The position numbers and the translations under genes were made by a program. A stretch of DNA of 64,000 nucleotides from Cirrosporium novae-zelandiae (Eukaryota), in the NCBI GenBank assembly GCA_026023565.1, contig JAPETS010000010.1, positions 1 to 64,000 of the forward strand, read 5' to 3'. Below, one piece after another: positions 25,078-35,998 of this stretch. The notes beneath the pieces were generated by a model. The model saw nothing but the letters and a program-made list of their open reading frames with translations, was not told the origin of the DNA and searched no databases. Every line of letters begins with the position of its first letter. Positions within the stretch are counted from its first letter, which is position 1.

Positions 25078-26082
25078 TGTGACGACAAAGACGCGTATGC
25101 TACCCTCGAGCTGAGACAGTTATGAAAAACATGAGGGAAAGAAATATATATAATGCCAGCCCTGACAGGCATCGTCGACGACTACATGGTCCCCCAGTCA
25201 AAATTTGACCGCACAAAAAAAAAACTACAATATCAAAGTAACATAGGAACAAAAATCGTGCTCAAGCCGAATCAGCGCATTGGTTGGTACCGGCAAGATC
25301 AGTGCCAGACTAAAGGCAGATGATGAGTGAAGAGCTTGAGGATATGCTTAATGACCAAGTGCGGGCCGGGCCTTGTGGCCATCAAAAGCATCAGAAGGTC
25401 CTATCAAATGTTCAGCATGGTGTAGACTTGATTGGACTAGATGGAAAGATAGATGTGATAAAGAAGATATGTGGACGGGTGAAAAGCTTCGCATTGCAAC
25501 CACTCCGGGTTTATTACCGGAATGGAGAGTGGGGACGCGGGGGATTGCGGAAAAGGGGAGGTTGGCACGGCGAAGGATCCTTGGGGTCTTTCGGCATCTT
25601 GACATTCAATAACATGAGGTTGACATTTGTTGAAAATTTCATAGCTGGCAACTGATGTATGCATTGAATGTTAGCAAAAGTACTGTCGGAACATATGTCC
25701 AGGGGAGTAACAAGCATTGTGAACAGACATCCGAATAAATGCTCACGCAGAGAAGTAGACCAGACTAGAGAATTATCAGTTTTTAATTACTGTTTTAGGA
25801 ATGGCTTGTACCTTTCCGTACCGTACAATACCTTAAATTTACCAAACTTTCGAACTTGGAGCTCTTTGCTTACCAGTTCCAAAGGTAGCCAAATATCAAA
25901 GTTGAGCTCAGAGACACTTATAACTTCATCAAAGTAAGAGATACTTTTTAATTGATATATAATCATGCTAATTGCGAGACATAGTAATTTCCGGCTTGGT
26001 GTTACACTATGGAAAGCATTGAAAAGCCAAGCCAGAAGGTTGTCTTACGGACTTATCATGAAGGAACTTGGTGTCGAACAGT

Positions 26083-26871
26083 CTAATATCCACCAGGTTG
26101 ATTCGTGGCCATCGGCTTCAGAGCTACCTCAGTTGGTTCATCAGTGATCCCTCGCTTTGTTGCTTCTGCCATGATAGCTGCCGTGGCTGTTGCACCAATC
26201 CTTGTGACACCGAGAGACATGACGTACAGCAAGTCGTCGAGCGTGCGAACTCCTCCGGCAGCCTTGATCTGAACATTGGGACCAGAGTGTTGACGCATGA
26301 GCTTGAGATGGGGTACAGTGGCTCCTTTATAGGAGTAAAGGCCGTTTGACTGCTTAACGAAGCCGTAACCTGTCGATGTCTTGACAAAGGCAACAGACAA
26401 GGAGGTGCAGATCTCGCAGAGGTGGATGATGTGTTCATCTTTGAGGAAATCGTTCTCAAAGATAACTTTAAGAATAGCACCATACTTGGTAACAGCTTCA
26501 TTAATAAGTCGAATCTCTTCAGTCACATAATCCCAATCCCCCCCGAGAGCCTTGCCGATATTTACCACCATGTCGATTTCCTGGCCCCCAGCCTTGGCGG
26601 CCTCCTCAGCCTCGAACACTTTCACTTTCGTTGTGCTGTTTCCATGAGGAAAGCCAATGACGGGGCAAATTCTCACGTCAGTATTCTCGAGCTCCTTTTT
26701 GGCGAGAGGAATGAGGTACGGCTTAATGCATGCCGTTGCGGTTTTATACTGTTTCGCAATTCTGAGTCCAGCAAGTATATCACTGTCGGTCATCGTTGGA
26801 TGGAGAAGAGAGTGGTCGATCATCTTCGCAAGCTGTGGGTAGGTCACTGTGATAGTTTGAGTTGGTGCCAT
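26083..26871 (-). CDS. deoC: Deoxyribose-phosphate aldolase (DERA/DeoC), intronless, about 262 aa
   Basis: IDHSLL, VIGFPHG, EIDMVVNIG, LKVIFE, FVKTSTG (Schiff-base Lys), IKAAGGVR, RIGAT. Confidence 0.95.
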   Translation of the reverse strand: MAPTQTITVTYPQLAKMIDHSLLHPTMTDSDILAGLRIAKQYKTATACIKPYLIPLAKKELENTDVRICPVIGFPHGNSTTKVKVFEAEEAAKAGGQEIDMVVNIGKALGGDWDYVTEEIRLINEAVTKYGAILKVIFENDFLKDEHIIHLCEICTSLSVAFVKTSTGYGFVKQSNGLYSYKGATVPHLKLMRQHSGPNVQIKAAGGVRTLDDLLYVMSLGVTRIGATATAAIMAEATKRGITDEPTEVALKPMATNQPGGY

Positions 26872-27164
26872 CTTGATGTTTTGATGCCCGTTTGGATGTC
26901 TGTTTGGATGTCTGTTCGGATATGTCTCGTAATTCTTGGAGCAGACCAATGTTCAGCACATCCAGAGATTATATATCTATACCAGCAATTGTCGTACCCT
27001 ATCCCGGCAACTATTTCCTATTACGGTAAGCACATCCGACCCACCGGGACCAAATTTCGTATATGTACTGCACAGCTTCCGGTCATTGAACTTCCATTTG
27101 CACTTCCGGTTCCTTTCCACATTTCTATGCCGTCTAACCTTCCGACAGGAGGATAAATGTGAAT
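26872..27164. promoter_or_regulatory. Bidirectional promoter between DERA and the Zn2Cys6 gene, rich in CGG/CCG triplets
   Basis: 293 bp between divergent ATGs; TTCGGA, CCCGG, TACGG, TCCGAC x2, ACCGGG, CTTCCGGT x2. Confidence 0.6.
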
Positions 27165-29828
27165 ATGGCCGATTGTGACAACACAGAAATTGTGGTTGAC
27201 AACCAGGCCCGGAAATCCCAAGTCGGTAAACGAAGCCGAACACCGAGAGCCTGCGCTCGTTGCAAGCGACAAAGACTAAAGGTAGGATGTCTTCTCATCT
27301 AATCGTAATTTCGGATTTAACATTGCTTACACTGTTGCCATCAAGTGCGACATCCAAAGGCCTTGTATGACATGCCGAAGAGCAGGCGCCAAATGTGAAA
27401 ATGTCCAGATCAATCGTTGGAGACATCAATATGGAAAAGAAAGCGCACATTATGTTAGCCAGAATGTTTCTACTTCACCTTGTCAACAAAAAACTCCCGC
27501 AACTCGAAAAGGTGCAGGCTTGGAGACACCTGAAGCTTCTCAACCGGAACACGAACTTTCAAAGACACCAAAACCCAGTAGCATAGATGTTAATCATGAA
27601 CACACTCCATCCTGCGAGGGTAGTAGGTCAAGGACTCCACAGAACATTGAACATCTAGAGCCATCTAGCTCCACCTTGGAATTTGTCAAAGAGGCAAGAC
27701 TACCCATACCTCCACTTGTCAATCACTAATCAATCATGTAGGCTTTTCATTTCCATAGTTCAGATGCTCTCGACACATCGCCTACCTCTGCTCTTCCGGG
27801 TGGAAGGGTCTATACGCCGATGCTACGAAGGTCACGTCATCTACCAACTGCAAAACTAATTGCCGTACTCCCAACCCATAAGGCGACGTCTTTGCTTGTT
27901 GATACTTACTTTGATCGGGTGCACTGGTTTATGCTTGTATTTCACCAGACCGCTTTCCGTGCAAAGTTCGGTGCTCTGTTTAGCACTGGATCCTATCAGG
28001 GCACGGATGGAGACGGTGATTTTGGCTTTGTCTGTAGTGTCTTAACCGTAGTAACACTTGGTTTGCAGTATACCTGTCCGTATCGGAAAAAAATACTATC
28101 AGATCTTAATATTGACACGGATCTTTTGATGGAGCAACTACTATCCACACTTCGTTCTGTGGTTTTCGATTTGGTCTCTGTTGGATCTCTAGAGTCGGCC
28201 CAGGTTTGTATTCTTCTTGGCAGTTTTTATCTATATCATGGAGACCCTGGACCAGCGTGGCCTATAATTGGATGTGCATTACGGATAGCGCAAGCTCTTC
28301 GTCTTCATCGAAGGCAAGATATTTTTTCCAATCTCTCTACTTCCCAAGAGGTCGCAGAGCAGACAAGTGAAGAAAAGAAAAGGTGTTGGTGGGCGCTTTT
28401 CGAAATTGATTGCTTTTGCTCCATGGTCTATGGCTACCCACTTAACGTTTCTAAGAGAAACTGCGACGTTGATCTCTTGGATCCTTTTGCAAAACCTGGA
28501 TCTGAAAGAGGCAAATCACAGGCAGATCAAGCACCTCGTGAACCGACTCTTCTATCCTACAAGTTCCATATGTCAGAGTTATCACTCATCTTGACAGACA
28601 TACTAAGCGAGCTTTACAGTCCTAGCCATGGGACCTTGATCTTTACAAGAAATTTAAGTCGCAAAGATGGTTATGTGCAAGATCTTGTTGCGAAAGTAGC
28701 GCATCTAGATGGCAGACTTAAACAATGGCGTTCAACTATTCATCCAAAGATGCTCCTGGAAGATTCTCTCATGATAGGAGCTGCATACTCTTCAACTGAT
28801 CAGATGCATGCAGATATAGGAGCTTCAGGGCCTGTATTTGAACGCCATGTGATGAGAATGCAAGCCATGACCCTAACACTTGCTTATGAAAATGCCTTGA
28901 TCGTCACCCATCGACCTCTACTTTCTTTCCGCCTCGCACAACCATCCATTTCAAGCGATATAACGCGTCAAATAACTCCAATGTTCCGAGCAGCTGACCC
29001 TTTCAGATATTCACTTGAAACGTGCCGTCAAGCTGCCTTTCAGACTGCAAATATTAGTCGTCTTCCAGTCTTCCACGAAGCTCTCGATACATATGCAATT
29101 GCATTTGTTGGAATCCATCTCTTTACAGCAGGTGTTACATTATGTCTCATGGCAAGTTATGAACCACTGACTTTGCAAGCCCACGAAGCAAAAGCTGGTA
29201 TCCGTCGTATCTTGACTATGCAAGCGGCCTTGCGATCAAAGTCAGTTCTGGTGTCTCAGGGATTTGATATCTTACGCAAACTGGCCAAACTTGTGTTTAG
29301 CAAAGAGCTCGAAAAGATGCTTGATGTGGAGGATTTGGAGTCTGATGAATTACCAGGAATAGACTCTGTAAATAGTCGGGCACAAGTGTTGGAGAACCCC
29401 TCAGTTGCTGACCAGTCTGGCGTATCTACTCATCAACTACAGGACGACCTCCTATCCGAGTCTAGAAATCCAGCCCATCTCGACAATATCAATACCGACA
29501 ATCAATCAAGTTTCAATCTAGGCCCAATTTTCGGCTCCACAGTCGACCTAAATTTCGTCCAAGACGAAACGATGATGCAATCACTTTTTGACATCGACAG
29601 AGGTTAGTCCCATCCCCGTTGAATCCAACGTCCGACATCAGTAACATCAGTAACACTATCATAGTTCTATCCTATCGCCCACCTACGGATTCCTTGAATG
29701 AATCCGGATGGCCTGAAAACGAGCACTTTCTATCTTTGGACTCGGCGTCTGCGTCTGTGTCTGCAGATCAGGAGCAGGAACAGGCTTGGATTTGGAACTC
29801 GGGGCTATTTCCTGGAGGGGGATCGTAG
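27165..29828 (+). CDS. Zn(II)2Cys6 transcription factor with fungal-specific middle homology region, 4 exons
   Basis: Spliced cluster ACARCKRQRLK|CDIQRPCMTCRRAGAKC; LVDTYFDRVHW, ALRIAQALRLH, EEKKRCWWALFEID, HRPLL. Introns 27282-27345, 27694-27741 (GC donor) and about 29603-29664. Confidence 0.92.
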
Positions 29829-31726
29829 ATGGAATAATAATTTTTTGTGATAGTGTGATTTAATAAGGGGAGTTGGATAGGCATGGGATCTCATGTAAAA
29901 AACAATAGTTACCTCGTATGCCCAGGTCATCATTTCGAGGTTAAGTTCTTGTAGTACTTATGAGAAAGACTGTTAACCCCAACAACTGTTTATACATCAC
30001 CTCTAGTATTAAGACCTAAAATCCTAACACCTCCGTACCTCCCTCCCTCCCTCCCTCATCTTACTGTATCTCCCATACGCCCCATAACCCCCCAAAACAT
30101 TCCACCTAGGTAGATAACAAATACTCGAGTAACATCCTCATATTTTCAACTCCTCCCCAATCCCAACTCCTCCATATCTATCCTACTTTCTTTTTTATAA
30201 CCATCTTCACTGGTTATCAGCCAATCAAGTAGATTTCGTTTTATTCTTTAGTTATCGAAAGATGCCTTTTTTTATATTCGCATCGCCTCAGAAGCCCAAA
30301 TTCCCCCTCCCCCGCTCCTCCCTGCTTTCTCTACACCATAACTTCTACCATTTATGCGACTTTGGTGAGATGGGATAGGATATAAATAAATAAATAAATA
30401 AATAGGAAAAAGGACTTTTCAAACATGAACGCAAATCGTCCATCGCCTGTTCGCTTGGAATGCGGATCAAAACATACCACTCCCCCCCTCTCTCACACCA
30501 TCATCCCCTATTATATCCCCCATAATATTCATAATAGACATCTTCTCCTCCTTCTCCTCCTCCTCCTCCTCTTCCCCCGGATCTTCACAAAAAAAAAATC
30601 AAAACACACCTATCTATATCTATATCCCTACACCCCCCATGTCCCCGTCTCTCCAAATCACCGGTAGACATAAATGTAAACCCGCAAGATCCAACCCATT
30701 ATAACATAAGTGTTCGGAAACTGGATCTATAAGGACAAAAAGAGAAAGCGGAAAGGAGAAAGGGGGATTTGAGATTTGGGATTTGGGTCTGTTGGGTCAG
30801 TTGGGTCGGTTTGGTGGTGGTGGTGGATGGTGGTTGGTGCTAGTGATGTTAGATGGATGCAGAGATGAATGAGTGTGGAACTGTCTAGTAAGGGGGAAAT
30901 AGGTACCTTCGAGATTCGAGTTCATCTAGCACACCTTCGACATTTAGGAAGAAAGAAGGAAAGTAGGTCATGAACATCACTAACCCCCCCCCTCTTCCTT
31001 CCTAGTCCTATCACATAATACAACCAAGTACCTTACTATTACTATTACCATTAACAGTGCCTAAATAGATAAAATAAAATAAAATTAAACGTCTAATTAA
31101 GTAAATACCAAAATTCCTTTTTTATTTTTATTTTTAGAGAAATTGATATTGATAGTTCGGATGGTTGGATGGAAGGTCTAGGGTTGGTTGGGGGAGGGGG
31201 GGGATAGGAATAAGTAAGTGGAATGAAATTATAGGAATGAAAGAGGGTGGGGTTTGTTTATTTATTTATTATTTGGGGTTGGGTTTCGTGGATGTGTTGT
31301 GCTTGTGGCGGTGGCTAGGTTATATATCCTAACACTAACACCGCGCATCCATCCCCCTTAGTTAGTTGGTTGGTTAGTTAGGTCAGAGTAATGGCGTGTC
31401 TTGTGACACAAACGTAAAGGATGGTGGTAAGTATTTCATGAATGGATCTGGAGACTGATGGGACGTGAATATGGATAAGATTGAAAAAGCTAGGCATTGC
31501 CTCCAATTCGCTATGTAAATTTAATTGTTACCCCCCCCCTTCCACTCCCAGCAGAAATAATTCCCGTAATGAAAACAATTGCTTGAAACTCCATTTCAAG
31601 CGTACAGTAGTATAGCCTCGCTCGCTAGCTACATAACTTATATAGGGATATGGAAATTCCATTCCCAGACGACAAACAGTTCGTCCATCTCTTTCATGTC
31701 TGAAGAGGGGAATATTTGTAGGATAT

Positions 31727-33450
31727 TTATCCCGCGACGACTCTTCCTCCCTCGACAATAACTTGCTCATCGATTCTCTTCTCCGTCTCACCGTATTCAA
31801 GACGCTTCCACGTTGAGATTCGGGCCTCGTTGGTATCGATCCCGAAAAATCTAACACGCCTGTGATATCCGCCATAGCCACCATATCCGCCGAAGCCTGC
31901 ACCACCTCCATAACACATCCAGAGCTGCGGTTTGTCTTGTTCGGGTGAGCGGGATAGCATGCAGTAGTCGTTGACGTGGTCATGGCCACAGCTAACCATC
32001 AAGACGCCTTCGTCCACGAGAGCGTCATGGAAGTGGGAGTTGAAGCCAGGCGCGGTGGGGGGTTCGCGCCATTGGCCAACGATGAGGTTGTTTGGTTCCC
32101 TATATTCTGGGAGAGGTATATGGATGAATGCAAGGTCCATGTGTACGTGGGTGTAGAGATCGTGAGCGCCTTTTAGTCCTTGCGCCGTCTTGTGGAACCA
32201 ATCTATCTGGTTGGGTTTGATCCAGTCATAGCCGCGGAAGTGGTTTTCATCTGGGGAATAGGCGTGGGTGTCGAGCATGTATAATGTTAGGGCTGAGTGG
32301 GTGGATGTTCCAGGGGCAAGGACCTCGACATAGTAATTCCCTACACCTTCGACGTCTTTGGGTCCTGCTTCAGAAACGGAGTAGGGAAGAGATTCAACAA
32401 GGGCCATTTGCCCAGCACGAGAAAGAGAGCCCTCATCATCATGATTTCCAAAGATACTAGCGTAGGGAATACCACGTTTAATAAATAGCTCAGCATATTT
32501 GAAAATGGCACTTTGTCCATCAGGAGCCGTATCACCATTAACCTGGTCTCCAGTGAGAACCACGAAGTCAGGTTTCTCCTGATCCAGTAATCTTGCAATA
32601 AACTCCAAGGTTCGAGGATCGGCATCACATTTGCCACCATTATGGCCTGGTGGTTCTGCATCCCGACAGGCACCTAGACCGGTACTTAGATGGATATCGG
32701 CCACTTGCATAATCTTGAATTTTCCATCTTTTCGTATACGCGGTATATGTTTCTCTATCTTAGCGGGCGTCCCTCTTCGAACGCTCAATCTTGCATCATG
32801 TTGACCATTCGACATGTCTAGTAACAATGGCGTATCTCTTATTTCCCACCCGGTCCGGGGTTCGACCGCATCAGCCCCGAACAAAACATCGACAGAAGTA
32901 ATGACCTTTTGCGATTCGCTAGAATGTTTCTTCGCACTTCTTTTTAACCATAACCCCCCAGGCCTCGACTCCCACTTCTCATTAGCTTGTCCCTTTTCGC
33001 CCATGGCGGGATCCAATCTCCCAACCCTCACATCCAAAATAATTTTATCATCCGGCGACAAATCCGCCTCCATCTTTCTCTGAACATGAACGTAGGCCTT
33101 TTTCAGCCACCCGCTCCCAAGATACAACTCTTTCTCTATGCGATGCCATTTATCGGGATCCAGCTGACATTTGGAAAGGAGGTTGATGGAGGAACAGCTG
33201 ACAACCGTAATGTCCGTGACAACAAGACCCGGATGGTGAGCTGGGAGATAGCTGTGCATCGATTCCGGAAGAACATCAAGGCGATTATCAACGAGAATCA
33301 AGAAGCATACAAGGATAAATAAGAGAAAGCCAAGCTGGGTAGCCGTACGGACCTAGGAAGACATGCTTAGTTCAATGTCTGACGATGCAGTGGAACTTTT
33401 AAATACAAAGAACTCCATGGGATAAAACTCACAAGTCGTCGGGGCATCAT
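31727..33450 (-). CDS. dcr2: Calcineurin-like metallophosphoesterase, Dcr2 family; short first exon MMPRRL
   Basis: FKIMQVADIH, VLTGDQV, IFGNHD, AFIHIP, CGHDHVND, GFGGYG; N-terminal signal anchor. Confidence 0.9.
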
Positions 33451-33802
33451 CTTCCCAAGCTGTCCTTTGCGAAGTCAATCCAAATAGTCTGGAAAGCACC
33501 AAAGGCTGTATCCATCAGTGGCTGGTACGGCAGTTGAAGAGCTGCGTTGAAATCGCTGGCTCCAATATCTGAAGGAGCATATCGCCTAAAAAAGATAAGA
33601 TTAGGTAAGTCGTATTAATGCAGATGCATGACAAGTTATAAGTCGGTTGTTGAGGTGGTTCATGGATGTAACACATAGGCAGCCAAGAAGTCCGGGAACC
33701 CTGACGCACAGGCCATGTGAAAATCTGGGGTTGGCCCACTCCAAGCTTGCACAAATCTTCATGTCAATTGAATTCCAATATTCCTCTCCTCTCTCTTATA
33801 AA

Positions 33803-35187
33803 ATGTCTACCACCCTTTTACATTCTTTTTCTCTGAAGAGGGCAATACTATCATCGAACCTACAAAGACTCAATGGACTGTCTTTCTGGTGTCGACGAAC
33901 CTACACCTCAGACAGTTGGGTCTTCCAAGGTTCCTACATCCCATATCCCATGCCTCCGAACCATACTAAGACGCCGATGCAGAGGGCGACAACGTAATAC
34001 TTGACTCTAAAAAGGTGTACAAAAAACAAAAATACCCTATATTCATTCAAGCTCTAAAGCGCGACAAGCGGCAAGAGACTCGATTTGGGAACATTGAACA
34101 CAATGATATAATTGGAAAAAGACCTACCGAGGAAGTCTACAGTCATAATCAAAACTATTTTACGGTCCTAAATCCTACCCTGGATGAACATATTCGTCTG
34201 AGTCGGCGAAAAGTAACTCCTGTATTTTCCCTGACCTTTTCCTTGTTCATATCACCTTCTCAGCAGATCCTCCAGTAGATTTACCCCCGCGATGCCGACT
34301 TTTTAGTTTCCAAACTAGAACTCCACCCACCTCTACCAGATGATAAAGGGCCACCCCTCGAAATTCTCGAGGCTGGGACTGGACATGGGTCTCTGACGTT
34401 GCATCTGGCGAGAGCAATCCACGGCGCAAATGGATCTCCTCCAGAATCCAAATTGCAAACACCCGAAGGAGAAGCAGAGGAATCCCCAAACCCGATATTG
34501 GAGGAATGGAAGGCCCATCGAAAAGCAATAATTCACACGGTTGACATCCTCCCAAAATATACATGTCACGCTCAGAAAATCGTTTCCACCTTCCGCCGCG
34601 GTCTCTACACCCATGACATAGATTTTCACGTCTGCCCGCAGGGAGTCTCTGAATGGGTCACCACCCAACTCTCCCTCCGACACAGTCAACACCAATCCCA
34701 ATCCAAACAGCAAGAACCTACCACCTCACCTCCCTTCCTCAGCCACGCCATCCTCGACCTCCCCTCAGCTCACCTCCAAATCCCAACCCTCTACCCAGCC
34801 CTCCTCCGTAACAGCACGCTCGCAGTCTTCATGCCCAACATCACACAGATAATCGACTGCTGCAATGTGATAAAATCCCACGACCTGAATCTCAAGCGCA
34901 TTGACACGCTAGAGCTAGGGGCCGGCTGTACCACACCAAGACAGTGGGTGATTCAACGAGTGATTCCGAGGGCGATTGAGAGGGCGAGGGAGGAGGTTGT
35001 GAATGCTGATGAGGAAGTTGGGGTGGAATCGGCTGAGGGTTCGGATTCAGTTTCAGGTTCAGAAACAGCAGCAGGGGCATCATCAAACCCCCAAGATTCT
35101 CAATTCCAAACGGTATGCCGACCCAAACCGGGCGTCATAGTTGGCGGTGGTGGATTTCTAGGTGTGTGGAGAAAAATGGAAGATTAA
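33803..35187 (+). CDS. tRNA m1A58 methyltransferase catalytic-subunit-like (Trm61/Gcd14 family), probably mitochondrial, 3 exons
   Basis: HNDIIG, PTLDEHI, VTP|IYPRDA, ILEAGTGHGSLT (SAM binding), AILDLP, VFMPNITQI; presequence-like N-terminus; start codon uncertain. Confidence 0.85.
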
Positions 35188-35998
35188 GCACCCTGGGGGG
35201 AGAGGAAGGGGGGAGGGTGCAAGATTGTACAATACCATACCATACCATACCATCGTCTGTACTCTGTACCAATTAGCCTAGATAAATCCCTCAATAGATG
35301 AATAAATAAACAGATGATTCTAAAGACTCCCACGATGGTCCCACAACCAAACCAAACCACCAGTCTATATATCTATATTCCTAATAAAGGGGGGAAACCC
35401 CCAAACTCCAAACTCCAAAAACCCTGAAATATCCATCTAGTCTACCAGACTACCCATCCTCCCCACCTTATTAATCCACCCATAGGCCATGGGGGGGGGG
35501 GGGGGTTCAAACGAAAGCCAAAAAACTAAATAAATCACTCTAATCATTAATGAATGAATGGGATAAATGGATAGAATAGGATAGGATAGGTCTAGTAGTG
35601 TAGATGATGATGATGATGATTTTATATAATTAATGAAAAAGGGGGTTTATATTCATTCGTTATATCCGTTCCCATGCGTTCATTTTATATTCCCCTCCAA
35701 TTCATTCCCGTTTATTCCTATAGAGAGAGGACGGTGGGGGCGGGGGGTATCCCAAATCCCAGACCTCACACTTTAATATATATATATATACATATATATA
35801 TCCATTGCGCTTCTTCTTCTTCATCCTCATCCTCACCAATAATCAGTCTATCCATCCCCCTTATCCAAATCCCAATTCTTAAGTTGATGATGATGGATAA
35901 ATTCATTTTATTTGTCCGCATGTATGTCGCCTTCAGGTTATATATATATATATATATATAGCAGACTGGATTCTTGAAGTTCTCAAATTCTTAAACTC

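Noticed and set aside
26422..27156. 244-aa plus-strand ORF
   Set aside because: Antisense shadow of DERA with no recognisable protein features; the same applies to antisense ORFs over los1, ccr4 and vps5.
35375..35383. ATATTCCTA resembling the snR30/U17 m1 motif
   Set aside because: No m2 (AAACCAT) or enclosing hairpin with ACA; low-complexity context.
35491..35505. Long G runs (also near 50668) as G-quadruplex elements
   Set aside because: Homopolymers are common throughout these spacers; nothing indicates specific function.
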